Below are positions 28,656-39,309 of a DNA stretch of 64,000 nt, piece after piece. Source of the DNA: Bacillota bacterium (GTDB taxonomy: Bacteria > Bacillota > Dethiobacteria > DTU022 > UBA8154); the NCBI GenBank assembly GCA_012798755.1, contig JAAZMP010000098.1, forward strand, positions 89,016-153,015, read 5' to 3'. The notes beneath the pieces were generated by a model. It was not told the origin of the DNA, did no database searches, and saw nothing but the letters and a program-made list of their open reading frames with translations. The position numbers were made by a program, and so were the translations under genes. How positions within the stretch are numbered: the first letter of the stretch is position 1; the number at the start of each line of letters is the position of its first letter.

Positions 28656-31600
28656 TCAACCTGCTTTTTCATTCAAGTCTAAAGATACCACCTTGGATAT
28701 CCCTTGTTCTTCCATCGTTATTCCATATAAAAAATCGGCTTCTTCCATTGTCTTTCGACGGTGTGTAATAACGACAAACTGAGTGGCAGCAGCATATTTT
28801 TTAAGAAAATGTACGTATTTGGAAAGATTACTTTCATCTAAAGAAGAGTCGATTTCATCGAGTACGCAAAAGGGTACCGGCTTATACTGCAGCACGGCAA
28901 AAAGAAGTGCAATAGCCGTCAAAGCTTTTTCACCACTGGAAAGCAAAGAAATGCTTTGCAATTTCTTACCCGGCGGTTGCGCAATAATTTCTATTCCGGA
29001 TTCAAGAATATTTTCCGGATCGGTTGGCTTTAAAAAGGCCTGGCCACCGCCAAACAATTGAGCAAATATATCTTTAAAATTTTTCTTAATTGCCTCTAGG
29101 GCCTGTAGAAATTTTCCCTCCATATGTTCGTCCAGTTCTTCAAGAACTTTTCGGATTCCTTTTTCCCCGCTTTGCAAGTCGCAACGCTGCTTTTCCAGAA
29201 AGGTAATTCTATTTTGTAACCTTTCATATTCATCTATAGCCCCCAGATCTACCTCTCCCAACAACTGGATTTTGTTTTCCAGAAGTTCTTTTTCTTCCAG
29301 CAAAACATCTTCCGGCTTAGCAGCCTGCAAATCAATAGAAGTTTCTCCGGGGTCAAACCCAAATTTCTCCAAAAGGCTTTCCTTTAAATATTTTTCGGCC
29401 TCTTGCCTTTTTATAAGTTCAATGTTTGTATTTTGTTGCTGTCTTTCAGCTCTCTGCAGAGCTTTCAGTTCTTTTTCCGTTTCAACATGCAACTTTTCTG
29501 TTGCCTGTTTATAATGGTCTAAATCGTTACCTATGGTATCCAGAGTGTTTTTTAGATCTTGAATTTCCTTTTTTCCTTCTTCCAATGTTTTTGTCATGCT
29601 TTCAGCTGTCGCTTTCAGCTTGTTTAACTCTTCCTGTATATGTTTTTTTTCTTCGGCATGGCGGGTATAGATCTCTTTTAGACGTTCTTTTTCCTGAGTT
29701 TGCTTGTGGAAGATCCCCTGCAGGGAGCTTTCCTTTTCCTGTAGCGCCGAAAATTTAATTCTTATTTCCACCAGTTTTTCTTCCAAACTTTGATAATGTT
29801 TTTCATCAACTTCTACCTGGATGCTTAAATTTTCTAATTCAGAATTTAGTTTTTCCAAGGATTTAGCTAGAAGCTTATGACTTTTTTCCGCCCCGGCAAT
29901 TTGTTCGGAAAGCTCGTGCCGTTTACTTAAGAGCTCTGTTTTTTCCAGGCTCAGATGTGTTATTTCCTTTTGAATCCTGCTTTTTTCTACTTCGATTCTG
30001 GCAAGATTGGTCTGGATACCATTTCTTTCTTTTTCTATTTTTTTACTTTCCAAATCTAGCCCGGCAAAGTTTTTCAGGAGTTCCGATATATTTTTATTGA
30101 TTTTTTCCAATTCCATGCTTTTTTGCCCGCTAATCTTCTGAATTTCAACTATTTTTGTTTCAAGATTTTTTAATTCTCTTTTACGTTGCAAAAAACCGCT
30201 GCGTTCTTCCGGCTGATACCCCCCTGATATGGCACCGCCTGGCGTAATCATTTCTCCGTCAGGGGTAACTATTCTCCAGCCTGCCTTGTTGTTGCGGGCC
30301 AGCTTGAGCGCGGCTTCCAAGTTTTTGGCTATCAGCACACCGCCAAGCAGATTTTCTACAACTTTTTTAAATTTTGTCTGTGTTTCTACTAATTGGGAAG
30401 CTATCCCAAAGATCTCTTTTTTATCGGAGGCAGAGATTTTTTTTCCGAAAGATGGTTTTAACAGTGTCAAGGGTAAAAATGTAGCCCGGCCGGCTTTTTT
30501 TTCTTTTAAAAATTCAATTGCTTTTCGTGCAGAACCATCATCGGAAACAACAATAAATTGTATCCTTGCTCCAAGTGCCACCTCCAGCGCTTTTTCAAAT
30601 AGCTGGGGAACACTTATAAGATTAGCAACCGGCCCAAAAATGCCTTTATCCGAAGGGTTTTTGATATAATTGTTCATGACAGCTCTTACGCCTCTGGCAT
30701 AAAAGCTTAGTTCATCTTCGCTTTCTTTTAGAAATTTTAAACGGGATTTGTTTTTTTGCAAATCTTTTTCCAAACCCTGCAGTTCATTTTTCCGTGTTTC
30801 CTGCTTCCTATAGAGATCTTTTTGACGTTGTTGCAGCAACTCTTGCTCTTTCGTCAGATCCAAACTATCCCATTCTAGTTTTTGCAGTAAAGCAAGAGCT
30901 TTCTTTTCCTTTTTTTGCAAAGAATCCAGTTCTGATTTTTTTGCTTTTTCGCGTTCCTCGCTTTCTTCTATTCTACCACATAGTTCTTTATAACGCAGCT
31001 TACTGCTTTTAAGCAGCTGTTCTAAGGCAGCCTTTTGCATATTTTTTTCTGCAATTTGTTGCTTCAATTTATCAAGGGCTGCCAAATTGCTTTTTTTTTG
31101 GAGAGTTTCCCGTGATTCCTTCAGCTTTGTTGCCTTGCCCCCAAGTAGTTTTTGTTCCTGAAAGATATTTTTCAATGAGGATTCATTTTTCCTGCATGAT
31201 TCCTCCAGTCCCAAGATTCGGGCTTGGACTTCTTTGCAAGATTCATCTTTAGTTGAAATTTTTTCCAAGAAGTGTCTTCTTTGTTCGCGAATAAGGTTTA
31301 GTTGGCTTGAAATTTTCTCCAGTTTCTCCCTTTGTTTCTGAAAAAGCTCTTTTATTTTGTTTGTCTCTGCTATTTTTAACTTTTCTTCATGTTTAACTGT
31401 GCTTGTCCTGTTTTTCAGTCTTTTTAAAATGGTTTCTTTTTCCTGTATGACAATGGAATTTTTTTTAAGCTTTTCTTCAATTTTTTGCAGCCGGCTGTTA
31501 TTTTTCCACCACTTCTTGAAAAGTATCGTTTTTTCTATTTCTTGCAGTTCTGAAGTAAATGCCCTGTATTTGCTAGTTATAGCGGCTGCTTCGCAAAGGG

Positions 31601-32210
31601 GCAAGGATTGATTTTTAAGTTCAGTCAAAATGTCTTCAACCCTTAACAGGTTTTTATTCATTTCAGCCAACCGGATCATCGTTTCTTTTTTTCTCTGCTT
31701 GTATTTATGTATTTCTGCTGCTTCTTCGAAAAGCTCTCTGTTTTCTTCCGGCTTGGCATTGATCAATTTTTCTACACGGCCCTGACCTATTAAAGAATAG
31801 GCTTCCCTACCAATGCCAGTATCCCAAAAAAGTTCTGCGATATCCTTAAGCCTGCAAAGGGTTTTATTAAGATAGTATTCCCCTTCCCCGGAGCGGTACA
31901 TTCTTCGTGTTACTATTATTTCTTGATAATCGATTGGCAAGTGTTTATCTGCTCTGTCAAAGGTTAATGATACTTCGGCAAAGTTTAAAGCTTTACGGTG
32001 AACTGTTCCATTAAAGATCAAATCATCCATTTTGGAACCGCGTAACAATTTTGCACTTTGTTCGCCAAGGGCCCAACTGATAGCATCTACAAGGTTGCTT
32101 TTACCGCAACCGTTAGGGCCTACAATGGCAGTGATACCTGAAGAAAATTTTAACTGGGTTTTCTCAGGGAAAGACTTAAAACCCGTTATATCTAAAGATT
32201 TAAGATGTAT
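28656..32210 (-). CDS. smc: Chromosome segregation protein SMC; the N-terminus as reconstructed extends the tracked ORF by 54 codons to a non-canonical ATA codon
   Basis: The tracked ORF starts at an internal TTG (LLRGSKMDD). The same frame continues upstream through IHLKSLDITGFKSF...GITAIVGPNGCGKSNLVDAISWALGEQSAK (Walker A) up to an in-frame TAA at 32213..32211. The C-terminus carries the signature and Walker B motifs (LSGGEKALTAIALLFA...LDEIDSSLD). Confidence 0.9.
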   Translation of the reverse strand: MHLKSLDITGFKSFPEKTQLKFSSGITAIVGPNGCGKSNLVDAISWALGEQSAKLLRGSKMDDLIFNGTVHRKALNFAEVSLTFDRADKHLPIDYQEIIVTRRMYRSGEGEYYLNKTLCRLKDIAELFWDTGIGREAYSLIGQGRVEKLINAKPEENRELFEEAAEIHKYKQRKKETMIRLAEMNKNLLRVEDILTELKNQSLPLCEAAAITSKYRAFTSELQEIEKTILFKKWWKNNSRLQKIEEKLKKNSIVIQEKETILKRLKNRTSTVKHEEKLKIAETNKIKELFQKQREKLEKISSQLNLIREQRRHFLEKISTKDESCKEVQARILGLEESCRKNESSLKNIFQEQKLLGGKATKLKESRETLQKKSNLAALDKLKQQIAEKNMQKAALEQLLKSSKLRYKELCGRIEESEEREKAKKSELDSLQKKEKKALALLQKLEWDSLDLTKEQELLQQRQKDLYRKQETRKNELQGLEKDLQKNKSRLKFLKESEDELSFYARGVRAVMNNYIKNPSDKGIFGPVANLISVPQLFEKALEVALGARIQFIVVSDDGSARKAIEFLKEKKAGRATFLPLTLLKPSFGKKISASDKKEIFGIASQLVETQTKFKKVVENLLGGVLIAKNLEAALKLARNNKAGWRIVTPDGEMITPGGAISGGYQPEERSGFLQRKRELKNLETKIVEIQKISGQKSMELEKINKNISELLKNFAGLDLESKKIEKERNGIQTNLARIEVEKSRIQKEITHLSLEKTELLSKRHELSEQIAGAEKSHKLLAKSLEKLNSELENLSIQVEVDEKHYQSLEEKLVEIRIKFSALQEKESSLQGIFHKQTQEKERLKEIYTRHAEEKKHIQEELNKLKATAESMTKTLEEGKKEIQDLKNTLDTIGNDLDHYKQATEKLHVETEKELKALQRAERQQQNTNIELIKRQEAEKYLKESLLEKFGFDPGETSIDLQAAKPEDVLLEEKELLENKIQLLGEVDLGAIDEYERLQNRITFLEKQRCDLQSGEKGIRKVLEELDEHMEGKFLQALEAIKKNFKDIFAQLFGGGQAFLKPTDPENILESGIEIIAQPPGKKLQSISLLSSGEKALTAIALLFAVLQYKPVPFCVLDEIDSSLDESNLSKYVHFLKKYAAATQFVVITHRRKTMEEADFLYGITMEEQGISKVVSLDLNEKAG

Positions 32211-32395
32211 TTAGATCACCTGCTTGTTGCAAAAACCGTTTTTACTTTTTTAATAAATGCCTGGACTTCTGCAGCACAATTTTGTTTTGGCTGAATCGTT
32301 ACCCGAAACATTTTGCCAAACAGCGCCTAAACTTCTGCTTCAAAGTTGTAATTCACCTTTATAGAAATATTTTCCTGCACGCCCGTGAAAATTTA

Positions 32396-33094
32396 TCATA
32401 GTTCTATAAGTTCCCAGGCGGCTTTGGCCGCAGATTGCTCCGCTTCTTTTTTACTTTTTCCGGTACCTACACCTTTTATTTTACTGTCCAACTTAACAAC
32501 GGCTTCGAAAGCCTTGTCGTGGGGCGGGCCATATTCTGCGGTTATCTGATAAACGGGGGGTTTGCTGCCCTTGGATTGACATATTTCCTGTAGCATGGTT
32601 TTATAGTCCATTAAAGGAAAATTACCCTGTTTTACGGCTTTAAGAACGGGCTTAAAAAGATCGATTACCAAAGGAACAGATGCTTGATAACCTTGATCTA
32701 AAAAGAGCGCCCCAATCAAAGCCTCCAAGGCATCCGCCAGCACTGATGCCTTTTCTGCCCCACCGCTTAAAAATTCCCCTTTTCCCAATTTTATATACAT
32801 ACCTAAATTTATATCCCGAGCGATCTTGGCCAGGGTTTTTTCGTTAACCACATTGTGGCGCATCAAAGTAAGCCTGCCCTCAGAAGCATCTGGAAACATT
32901 TCAAAAAAATATGCTGACATGATCAGCTCCAGTGCGGCATCGCCCAGGAATTCCAAACGTTCGTTGCTGCATAGCCCTTCTATTTCATAAGCGTAAGAGG
33001 AATGGGTCAAAGCCTCCTGGTATAATTCCTCATTTTGTACCGGCCAACTGAGAAATTTTAGCAGTTTGGCAGTATTCTTATAGGGTGTCGCCAA
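32396..33094 (-). CDS. rnc: Ribonuclease III
   Basis: RNase III signature ERLEFLGDA plus a C-terminal dsRBD. rnc-smc-ftsY synteny. Confidence 0.95.
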   Translation of the reverse strand: MATPYKNTAKLLKFLSWPVQNEELYQEALTHSSYAYEIEGLCSNERLEFLGDAALELIMSAYFFEMFPDASEGRLTLMRHNVVNEKTLAKIARDINLGMYIKLGKGEFLSGGAEKASVLADALEALIGALFLDQGYQASVPLVIDLFKPVLKAVKQGNFPLMDYKTMLQEICQSKGSKPPVYQITAEYGPPHDKAFEAVVKLDSKIKGVGTGKSKKEAEQSAAKAAWELIEL

Positions 33095-33111
33095 ATTTTT
33101 CCCCTTTCACG

Positions 33112-34341
33112 TTAATGTTTTTTCACAATAAGGCAGGCATTTGTTCCCCCAAAACCAAAAGAGTTGGACATGGCCACTTTAAATTTTTTTGTTATTGCTT
33201 TGTTGGGCACATAAAATAGATCGCAGTCGGGATCTTCGTGTTCGTAATTAATCGTCGGGGGTATGATCCCATGCTGCATACTTAATAAAATGGCGATCAT
33301 TTCCACACCCCCGGCGGCACCCAGTAGGTGTCCCAACATTGATTTGGTTGAACTGATCGGAATGTTGTAGGCATATTTGCCAAAAACCCTTTTAATGGCC
33401 AGGGTTTCTATTTTGTCATTGTATTCGGTTGAAGTTCCATGTGCATTAATATATTCTACATCCGTCGGTGAAAGACGAGCATCGTTTAGTGCCCTTTCCA
33501 TGCAAAGATAGGCCCCTTGGCCTTCCGGTTCCGGTGCCGTAATATGGTAACCGTCCCCGGACATACCATAACCGATGACTTCTCCGTAAATGTAAGCATT
33601 CCTGTTTAATGCATGTTCCAGTGTCTCTAAGATTAAAACGCCGGCACCCTCACCCATTACAAAGCCGTCACGTTTTTTATCAAAGGGACGGGAGGCTTTT
33701 TCGGGTTGATCGTTACGGGTAGACATAGCACGGGATGCACTAAAACCGGCAAAAGCTATACAGGTCAAGGGAGCTTCAGCTCCACCGGCGATCATGACAT
33801 CCGCTTCTTTTCTTTGCAGTATGCGAAATGCCTCACCGATAGCATTGGTTCCGCTGGCACAAGCTGTTACTGTAGTTGAATTAGGCCCTTTAAATCCGTA
33901 GTTAATAGAAATGTAACCGGAGGCCATGTTGGCAATAAGCATAGGTACCAAAAAAGGGCTTACGCGGCGGGGTCCCTTTTCCAACAAGATTTTAAATTGT
34001 TTTTCTATAGTGTCAAGCCCTCCAATGCCTGAACCAATGATAACGCCAATCCTTTCCTTATCTTCATTTTCTAAATCCAAAGCAGCATCTTCAATAGCCA
34101 TTTTGGCTGCTGCATGGGCAAACTGGGTAAAGCGATCTGTTTTTTTTACGTCTCTTTTCGCCATGTATGATTGGGGATCAAAATCATCAATTTTTGCGGC
34201 AATGCAGGTGGAATAATCGCGGAAACGATCCATGGCTTTGATACCGCTACGGCCGGTTTTTAGGCCATCCCAGTATGCCTCCTTGCCAATTCCAATAGGC
34301 GTAACAACCCCCATCCCCGTAACTACCACTTTAGGGTACAC
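33112..34341 (-). CDS. fabF: 3-oxoacyl-ACP synthase II
   Basis: 409 aa with an active-site Cys (TACASG) and His residues (HGTST...GHLLGAAG). Confidence 0.95.
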   Translation of the reverse strand: MYPKVVVTGMGVVTPIGIGKEAYWDGLKTGRSGIKAMDRFRDYSTCIAAKIDDFDPQSYMAKRDVKKTDRFTQFAHAAAKMAIEDAALDLENEDKERIGVIIGSGIGGLDTIEKQFKILLEKGPRRVSPFLVPMLIANMASGYISINYGFKGPNSTTVTACASGTNAIGEAFRILQRKEADVMIAGGAEAPLTCIAFAGFSASRAMSTRNDQPEKASRPFDKKRDGFVMGEGAGVLILETLEHALNRNAYIYGEVIGYGMSGDGYHITAPEPEGQGAYLCMERALNDARLSPTDVEYINAHGTSTEYNDKIETLAIKRVFGKYAYNIPISSTKSMLGHLLGAAGGVEMIAILLSMQHGIIPPTINYEHEDPDCDLFYVPNKAITKKFKVAMSNSFGFGGTNACLIVKKH

Positions 34342-34427
34342 CTGGCCTCACCTCCTTATAAACCTTATGCTAAATATAAAGCCCCGCAAAGAAGCAGGGC
34401 TCCTTTATTTAAAGCTTTATTTTTTCA

Positions 34428-34691
34428 TTAAATAATTTCTTCTATGTGGTTGATTATATCGGCAACCGTTTTAATATTTTCAACTGCCTCATCGGCAATT
34501 TCAATGTCAAATTCTTCTTCAATGGCCATAACCAGTTCTACCACATCCAGTGAGTCAGCATCGATCTCTTCGAAGGTGGTCTCCGGGCTTATCTTATCTT
34601 CGTCGATATCCAGCTGTTCTGACATTAAGGATCTCACTTTTTCAAAAACGTCCAATTTTAATTCACCTCCCTTAAAAATACCTGCTTCCAC
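34428..34691 (-). CDS. acpP: Acyl carrier protein
   Basis: DSLDVVELVMAIEEEF contains the phosphopantetheine Ser. The true start is probably internal, about 75-77 aa, near 34655. Confidence 0.9.
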   Translation of the reverse strand: MEAGIFKGGELKLDVFEKVRSLMSEQLDIDEDKISPETTFEEIDADSLDVVELVMAIEEEFDIEIADEAVENIKTVADIINHIEEII

Positions 34692-34693
34692 AT

Positions 34694-35437
34694 TTATAGT
34701 GAAAGTCCCCCGTCCACCGTTATAACTGAACCGGTTATATAGTTTGCACTTTTTGCCAAAAATAAAACTGCTTCGGCCACTTCTTCTGGTTTTCCAAACC
34801 TTTCCAATGCAATGCGGGGTAACACAGATTCCCTTAACTGTTGTGGCAAACTTTCCGTCATATCTGTTTGGATAAAACCAGGGGCTATGGAATTAACAGT
34901 AATTTTCCTTCTACCTAACTCTTTGGCCAGCGATTTGGAAAAAGCAATTACCCCTGCTTTGGCGGCAGCATAATTGGTCTGCCCGCTATTTCCGTATATA
35001 CCGGCCATAGAAGCTATGTTGATTATTTTGCCACCACTTTTTTGTTTTAACAGGGGCCTCATAATTGCCTTGCAACAATTAAAAACACCTTTAAGGTTGG
35101 TATCCATGACTTCTTCCCAGTCTTCAGTTTTCATTAAAGCTAGAATATTGTCCCTACGGATACCAGCATTATTAATAAGTATATCAATTCTGCCAAAATG
35201 TTCAAGTACAGCTTTAACCATTTTTTCACATTCTTGCAGCTGCGTTACATCTGCCTTGCAAAGTAAACCTTTGACACCAAGTTTGTTTACTTCATTTAAA
35301 ACAACCTTTGCATCATCATCTCTTTTCCGATAATTAATGGCCACATCCGCTCCGGCTGCAGCTAAAGCCAGAACAATTTCACGGCCTATGCCTCTTGAGC
35401 CTCCTGTTACCAATGCTACCTTTGTGTGTAAAGTCAA
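34694..35437 (-). CDS. fabG: 3-oxoacyl-ACP reductase
   Basis: SDR motifs TGGSRGIG...NNAG...YAAAKAG. Confidence 0.95.
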   Translation of the reverse strand: MTLHTKVALVTGGSRGIGREIVLALAAAGADVAINYRKRDDDAKVVLNEVNKLGVKGLLCKADVTQLQECEKMVKAVLEHFGRIDILINNAGIRRDNILALMKTEDWEEVMDTNLKGVFNCCKAIMRPLLKQKSGGKIINIASMAGIYGNSGQTNYAAAKAGVIAFSKSLAKELGRRKITVNSIAPGFIQTDMTESLPQQLRESVLPRIALERFGKPEEVAEAVLFLAKSANYITGSVITVDGGLSL

Positions 35438-36375
35438 GCCTTCACCTCCTCCAAAATTTTCAATAGGCGGTACAGTGTCAGCTTGTCTTCAACATGAGTA
35501 GCCCGAACATTTTTGTCAATCCTTTTCATAAATCCGGTTAAAACTCTCCCGGGGCCGGTTTCTATAAACAGATTGCAGCCGTCGCCAATCAAAAGTTTCA
35601 TGGAATCCTCCCATAAAACAGGGGTATAGGACTGTTCAACCAACGATTGTCTGATATCTTCGGGATTTTTCAAATATCTGGCACTAGTATTTGCAACAAA
35701 AGAAAAAATGGGTGCATTTATTGATATTTTTCCCAACATAGAAATCATATCTTTTTTAATTGGCTGCAAAAGTTTACTGTGGAAGGGCACACTTACAGAA
35801 AGCATTCTGGCTTTTGCTTTTTTTTCGCTTGCCAGCCTGCATGCTTCTTCCAAAGCTTCTTTGTGGCCAGCGATTACTACCTGTCCGGGGCAGTTATAAT
35901 TTGCCGGTTCAACATGGCCAAAAGGCAAGCTTTTGTTACAAATATTTTTTACTTCTTCGGGGGTCAACCCCAAAATTGCAGCCATTCCCCCTTTACCAAA
36001 AGGGATCAGCTCCTGCATCAATTGGGCTCTTTTTTGGACCAACAGGATAGCATCGCTGAAATGAAGTGCTTTTGCACATACAAGCGCGCTGTATTCCCCT
36101 AAGCTTAGCCCGGCCACTGCATCCGGCTTTAAGCCTTCTTTTTCCAAAACTGAAGAAATTGCCACGCTTGTCGTTAGTACTGCCGGCTGGGTAACCTCTG
36201 TTTTATAAAGCATTTCATCGTCGCCTTGGAAAATTATCCGACTTAAATTGTAGCCAAGTATCTCATCGGCTTCCTGAAATATTTTACCGGCTTCAGGATA
36301 TTCACTTGCCAGTTCCTTACCCATTCCTACAAACTGCGCACCCTGACCCGGAAATATAAATGCATACTTTGTCAT
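35434..36375 (-). CDS. fabD: Malonyl-CoA:ACP transacylase
   Basis: GQGAQ...GLSLGEYSAL active-site motifs. Confidence 0.95.
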   Translation of the reverse strand: MTKYAFIFPGQGAQFVGMGKELASEYPEAGKIFQEADEILGYNLSRIIFQGDDEMLYKTEVTQPAVLTTSVAISSVLEKEGLKPDAVAGLSLGEYSALVCAKALHFSDAILLVQKRAQLMQELIPFGKGGMAAILGLTPEEVKNICNKSLPFGHVEPANYNCPGQVVIAGHKEALEEACRLASEKKAKARMLSVSVPFHSKLLQPIKKDMISMLGKISINAPIFSFVANTSARYLKNPEDIRQSLVEQSYTPVLWEDSMKLLIGDGCNLFIETGPGRVLTGFMKRIDKNVRATHVEDKLTLYRLLKILEEVKA

Positions 36376-36391
36376 GTAAGTCCCCCTTGAT

Positions 36392-37390
36392 CTACCACTT
36401 TAGTACAGCAGCACCCCAGGTAAGCCCTGCTCCAAAGGAGACCATAGCTATAAGATCACCGCTTTGGAATTTTCCTTGTTCCACTGCCTCGTCTAACATA
36501 ATAGGGATGCATGCCGAGGACATATTACCGTATCGATTGATATTGAGTAAAACCTGTTCCGGTTTTAAACCCATTTTCTTATAGGCAAGGTTGATTATTC
36601 GTTCATTTGCCTGGTGAGGTATCAGGTAATCCAATTCTGCAGGGGTTTTTCCACACATTTCTAAAACTTGCAATGTAGAATCGATCATTACTGTTACTGC
36701 AAATTTAAAAATTTCAGGGCCGCTCATTTTTATGTAATGCATTCTTTCCTTTACGGTTCGCATCGTCGCCGGACGAACTGATCCGCCGGCGGGAATGTAG
36801 AGTAGATCTGCTCTGGTTCCATCTGAAAACATCTTGCTGGCCAATACCCCGCTTCCGTCTTCTACTTTCCCCAATACGACAGCCCCGGCACCATCACCAA
36901 AAAGTACGGCGGTGTTCCGATCCCGCCAATCGACAACAGGGGAAAGGGTGTCAGCCCCAATAAGCAAAATGTTTTTTGCAGCATTGTTCTTGATGTACTG
37001 TTCAGCAACGTTTAACCCATAGAGAAAACCCGTGCAGCCTGCAACGAGATCAAAAACAGCGGCGTTACAAGCATCAAGCTCGGCCTGAACCAAACAAGCC
37101 GTGGAGGGTAAAGTCAAATCCGGGGTGACTGTTGCCACAATGAGCAGGTCAATATCTTGAGGAGTAAGGTTAGCTCTTTCCAAAGCTATCCGGGAGGCAC
37201 GGGTACAAAGCTTTGAATTGGTTTCATCATTGGTAATAATGCGCCTCTCCTCAATGCCTGTTCTGGCTTTGATCCACCGGTCGCTGGTATCCATAATTTC
37301 TTCAAGATCAAAATTTGTAACGCGACTAACAGGTAGCGCTCTCCCCGTGGAAATGATGCCGGCCGCATTTTTAGATGTCACAATGTTCAT
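36392..37390 (-). CDS. fabH: 3-oxoacyl-ACP synthase III
   Basis: 332 aa with the AGCTGF catalytic Cys and a C-terminal GFGAGLTWG motif. Confidence 0.95.
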   Translation of the reverse strand: MNIVTSKNAAGIISTGRALPVSRVTNFDLEEIMDTSDRWIKARTGIEERRIITNDETNSKLCTRASRIALERANLTPQDIDLLIVATVTPDLTLPSTACLVQAELDACNAAVFDLVAGCTGFLYGLNVAEQYIKNNAAKNILLIGADTLSPVVDWRDRNTAVLFGDGAGAVVLGKVEDGSGVLASKMFSDGTRADLLYIPAGGSVRPATMRTVKERMHYIKMSGPEIFKFAVTVMIDSTLQVLEMCGKTPAELDYLIPHQANERIINLAYKKMGLKPEQVLLNINRYGNMSSACIPIMLDEAVEQGKFQSGDLIAMVSFGAGLTWGAAVLKW

Positions 37391-38439
37391 CCTTTCGAAT
37401 AGGAATCCTGCTTTAAAGCCTTTTCAATTTTTTGGTTGATATTCTTATGGACGAAGGGGTAAACTTGTTTTAGTATAGCTTGCATGATTGCTCTTTCCCG
37501 GGAGGAACCGTGACACTTAAAGCATACACCCCTTACGCCGATCAGTAAACTCCCCCCGTATTCGGATTCATCCAAAACAGCGCGTGCTCTTTGGAAAACG
37601 GGGAGCACCATGGGAGAAGCCAGCCATGCTTTAAAATCTTTGGCTATTTCTTGCCGAATATAATCAAAAATATCCCGGGAAAAACCTTCGATGGCTTTTA
37701 ATAACACGTTGCCAACAAACCCATCGCAGACAAGTACATTTGCCGGGTTTCTGAAAAGTTCTGTGGCCTCTACATTCCCCACAAAATTAATATCCTGCCC
37801 CGCAAATAATTGATAGGCGTTTTTAATTTGTGTATTGCCTTTATTCCCTTCGCTTCCTACATTTAAAAGAGCAACGCTGGGGTTTTCCTTTCCCAGCATT
37901 TCCCGGGCATATACTCTTCCCATCAGAGCATACTGCAACAGATGCTCCGGCTTGGCATCCATATTCGCACCAATATCCAACAATACTGTTCCCCCGCCTT
38001 GGAGTGCCGGAATTATTGTCAACAGCGCCGGGCGTTTGATCCCTTTTATTCTTTTCAAAAAAAGCAATCCGCCGCCCATGAGGGCGCCGGTGTTTCCGGC
38101 ACTGATCACAGCATCGGCTTTTCCATGGCAGACCAGGTGCATAGCAGTCATCATGGAGGAATTTCTTTTCGATCGAATAGCCAGGCCCGGATCCTCATCC
38201 CCGGCAATCACTTCCTGCGTATTGATTATTCGGATTCGCGGATCATTTATTTTGTTGCCAACGCTTTTCTTGATCGAATCTCGGGAACCTACCAATAATA
38301 CTTCCAGGTTTTCCATTTTGTTAACGGCAGAAACAACGCCTTTTACAATTTCTGCCGGTGCATGATCGCCTCCCATGGCATCTACGGCCACGCGTAACAC
38401 ATTTTCGCCCTCCTTAAAAACCAAAACGTCGTTAAACAA
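37387..38439 (-). CDS. plsX: Phosphate:acyl-ACP acyltransferase PlsX
   Basis: RVAVDAMGGDHAP N-terminal signature. The tracked ORF is probably 10-15 codons too long at its 5' end. No fapR gene lies between rpmF and plsX. Confidence 0.93.
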   Translation of the reverse strand: MFNDVLVFKEGENVLRVAVDAMGGDHAPAEIVKGVVSAVNKMENLEVLLVGSRDSIKKSVGNKINDPRIRIINTQEVIAGDEDPGLAIRSKRNSSMMTAMHLVCHGKADAVISAGNTGALMGGGLLFLKRIKGIKRPALLTIIPALQGGGTVLLDIGANMDAKPEHLLQYALMGRVYAREMLGKENPSVALLNVGSEGNKGNTQIKNAYQLFAGQDINFVGNVEATELFRNPANVLVCDGFVGNVLLKAIEGFSRDIFDYIRQEIAKDFKAWLASPMVLPVFQRARAVLDESEYGGSLLIGVRGVCFKCHGSSRERAIMQAILKQVYPFVHKNINQKIEKALKQDSYSKG

Positions 38440-38498
38440 AACAAACCCTAGGAAAATGCATAGAGCAAACCCCAGGTATAAAGAAAATAAAACATATT

Positions 38499-38678
38499 TT
38501 ATTTTTTTGTTTTATCAACAGCCAACCTTCCCTTGTAATATCCACAATGAGGGCAAACCCGATGGGGCAATTTTACTTCATGGCACTGTGGGCATTCGGA
38601 AAATCCTGGTGCAACCAATTTCCAGTTAGCCCTTCTTTTATTTCTTTTCGACTTAGACGTTCTTCTTTTAGGTACTGC
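38499..38678 (-). CDS. rpmF: 50S ribosomal protein L32
   Basis: [17 protein letters not shown]...[20 protein letters not shown] is the L32 zinc ribbon. The tracked ORF 38499..38738 over-extends upstream. Confidence 0.9.
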   Translation of the reverse strand, partial: AVPKRRTSKSKRNKRRANWKLVAPGFSECPQCHEVKLPHRVCPHCGYYKGRLAVDKTKK

Positions 38679-38790
38679 CAAAAACAAAACACCTCCCGGA
38701 AGGCATAAACAACTTGCCCTATTAATATATTTTACCATATTAGCATTTTTAAAACACTTTTTGGCGGGGACGATTTTGCACTTAAAAGGT

Positions 38791-39309
38791 TCACAACTCT
38801 TTTTTTATTTTTTTCAATGCTGCCCAACGTGGATCCATATCTTCCTGAACACAACGACATTGTTCTTTATTTTTATTGACTCCACAGACAGGGCAAAGCC
38901 CCTTACAGTCGCTTCGGCAAAGAATTTTCAAAGGCTGGGACATTAAAAAAGATTGCCGGAAAAATTCCGTTAAATCAAGCGATTCACCTTTGAAAGTGAG
39001 CAATTCTCCATTGCCCTGCTCGATCACTTCCTCAAATCCTTCCTGTTCCATGGATCCTTGCTGGTGAATAAATTCTTCCTGGAAATTTTCCCCTAGATGA
39101 TAAGAAAAATTCTCCAGGCATCGGCTACACTCTCCGTCTAGATCTACTTGCCAATTTCCTTCTAATATAACACGATCAGATAGATATGCAGCCCGCAGGT
39201 TAACGACCATTATAACACTTTCTTCTTTACTAACCTTCAGTTTGAAAGAATCACTGAAAGAAACGTAGTTACCTTCTTCTTTTTTTAGATCGCGAATGTA
39301 CAATCGCAT
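38791..39309 (-). CDS. yceD: YceD/DUF177 family protein (large ribosomal subunit accumulation factor)
   Basis: 172 aa with two CxxC pairs (ECSRCLE...CKGLCPVCG), immediately upstream of rpmF. Confidence 0.8.
   Translation of the reverse strand: MRLYIRDLKKEEGNYVSFSDSFKLKVSKEESVIMVVNLRAAYLSDRVILEGNWQVDLDGECSRCLENFSYHLGENFQEEFIHQQGSMEQEGFEEVIEQGNGELLTFKGESLDLTEFFRQSFLMSQPLKILCRSDCKGLCPVCGVNKNKEQCRCVQEDMDPRWAALKKIKKEL

Noticed and set aside
38440-38498. Looked for fapR upstream of plsX
   Set aside because: Only 59 nt separate rpmF and plsX, with no room for a gene. Many Clostridia lack FapR, so this is not considered anomalous.
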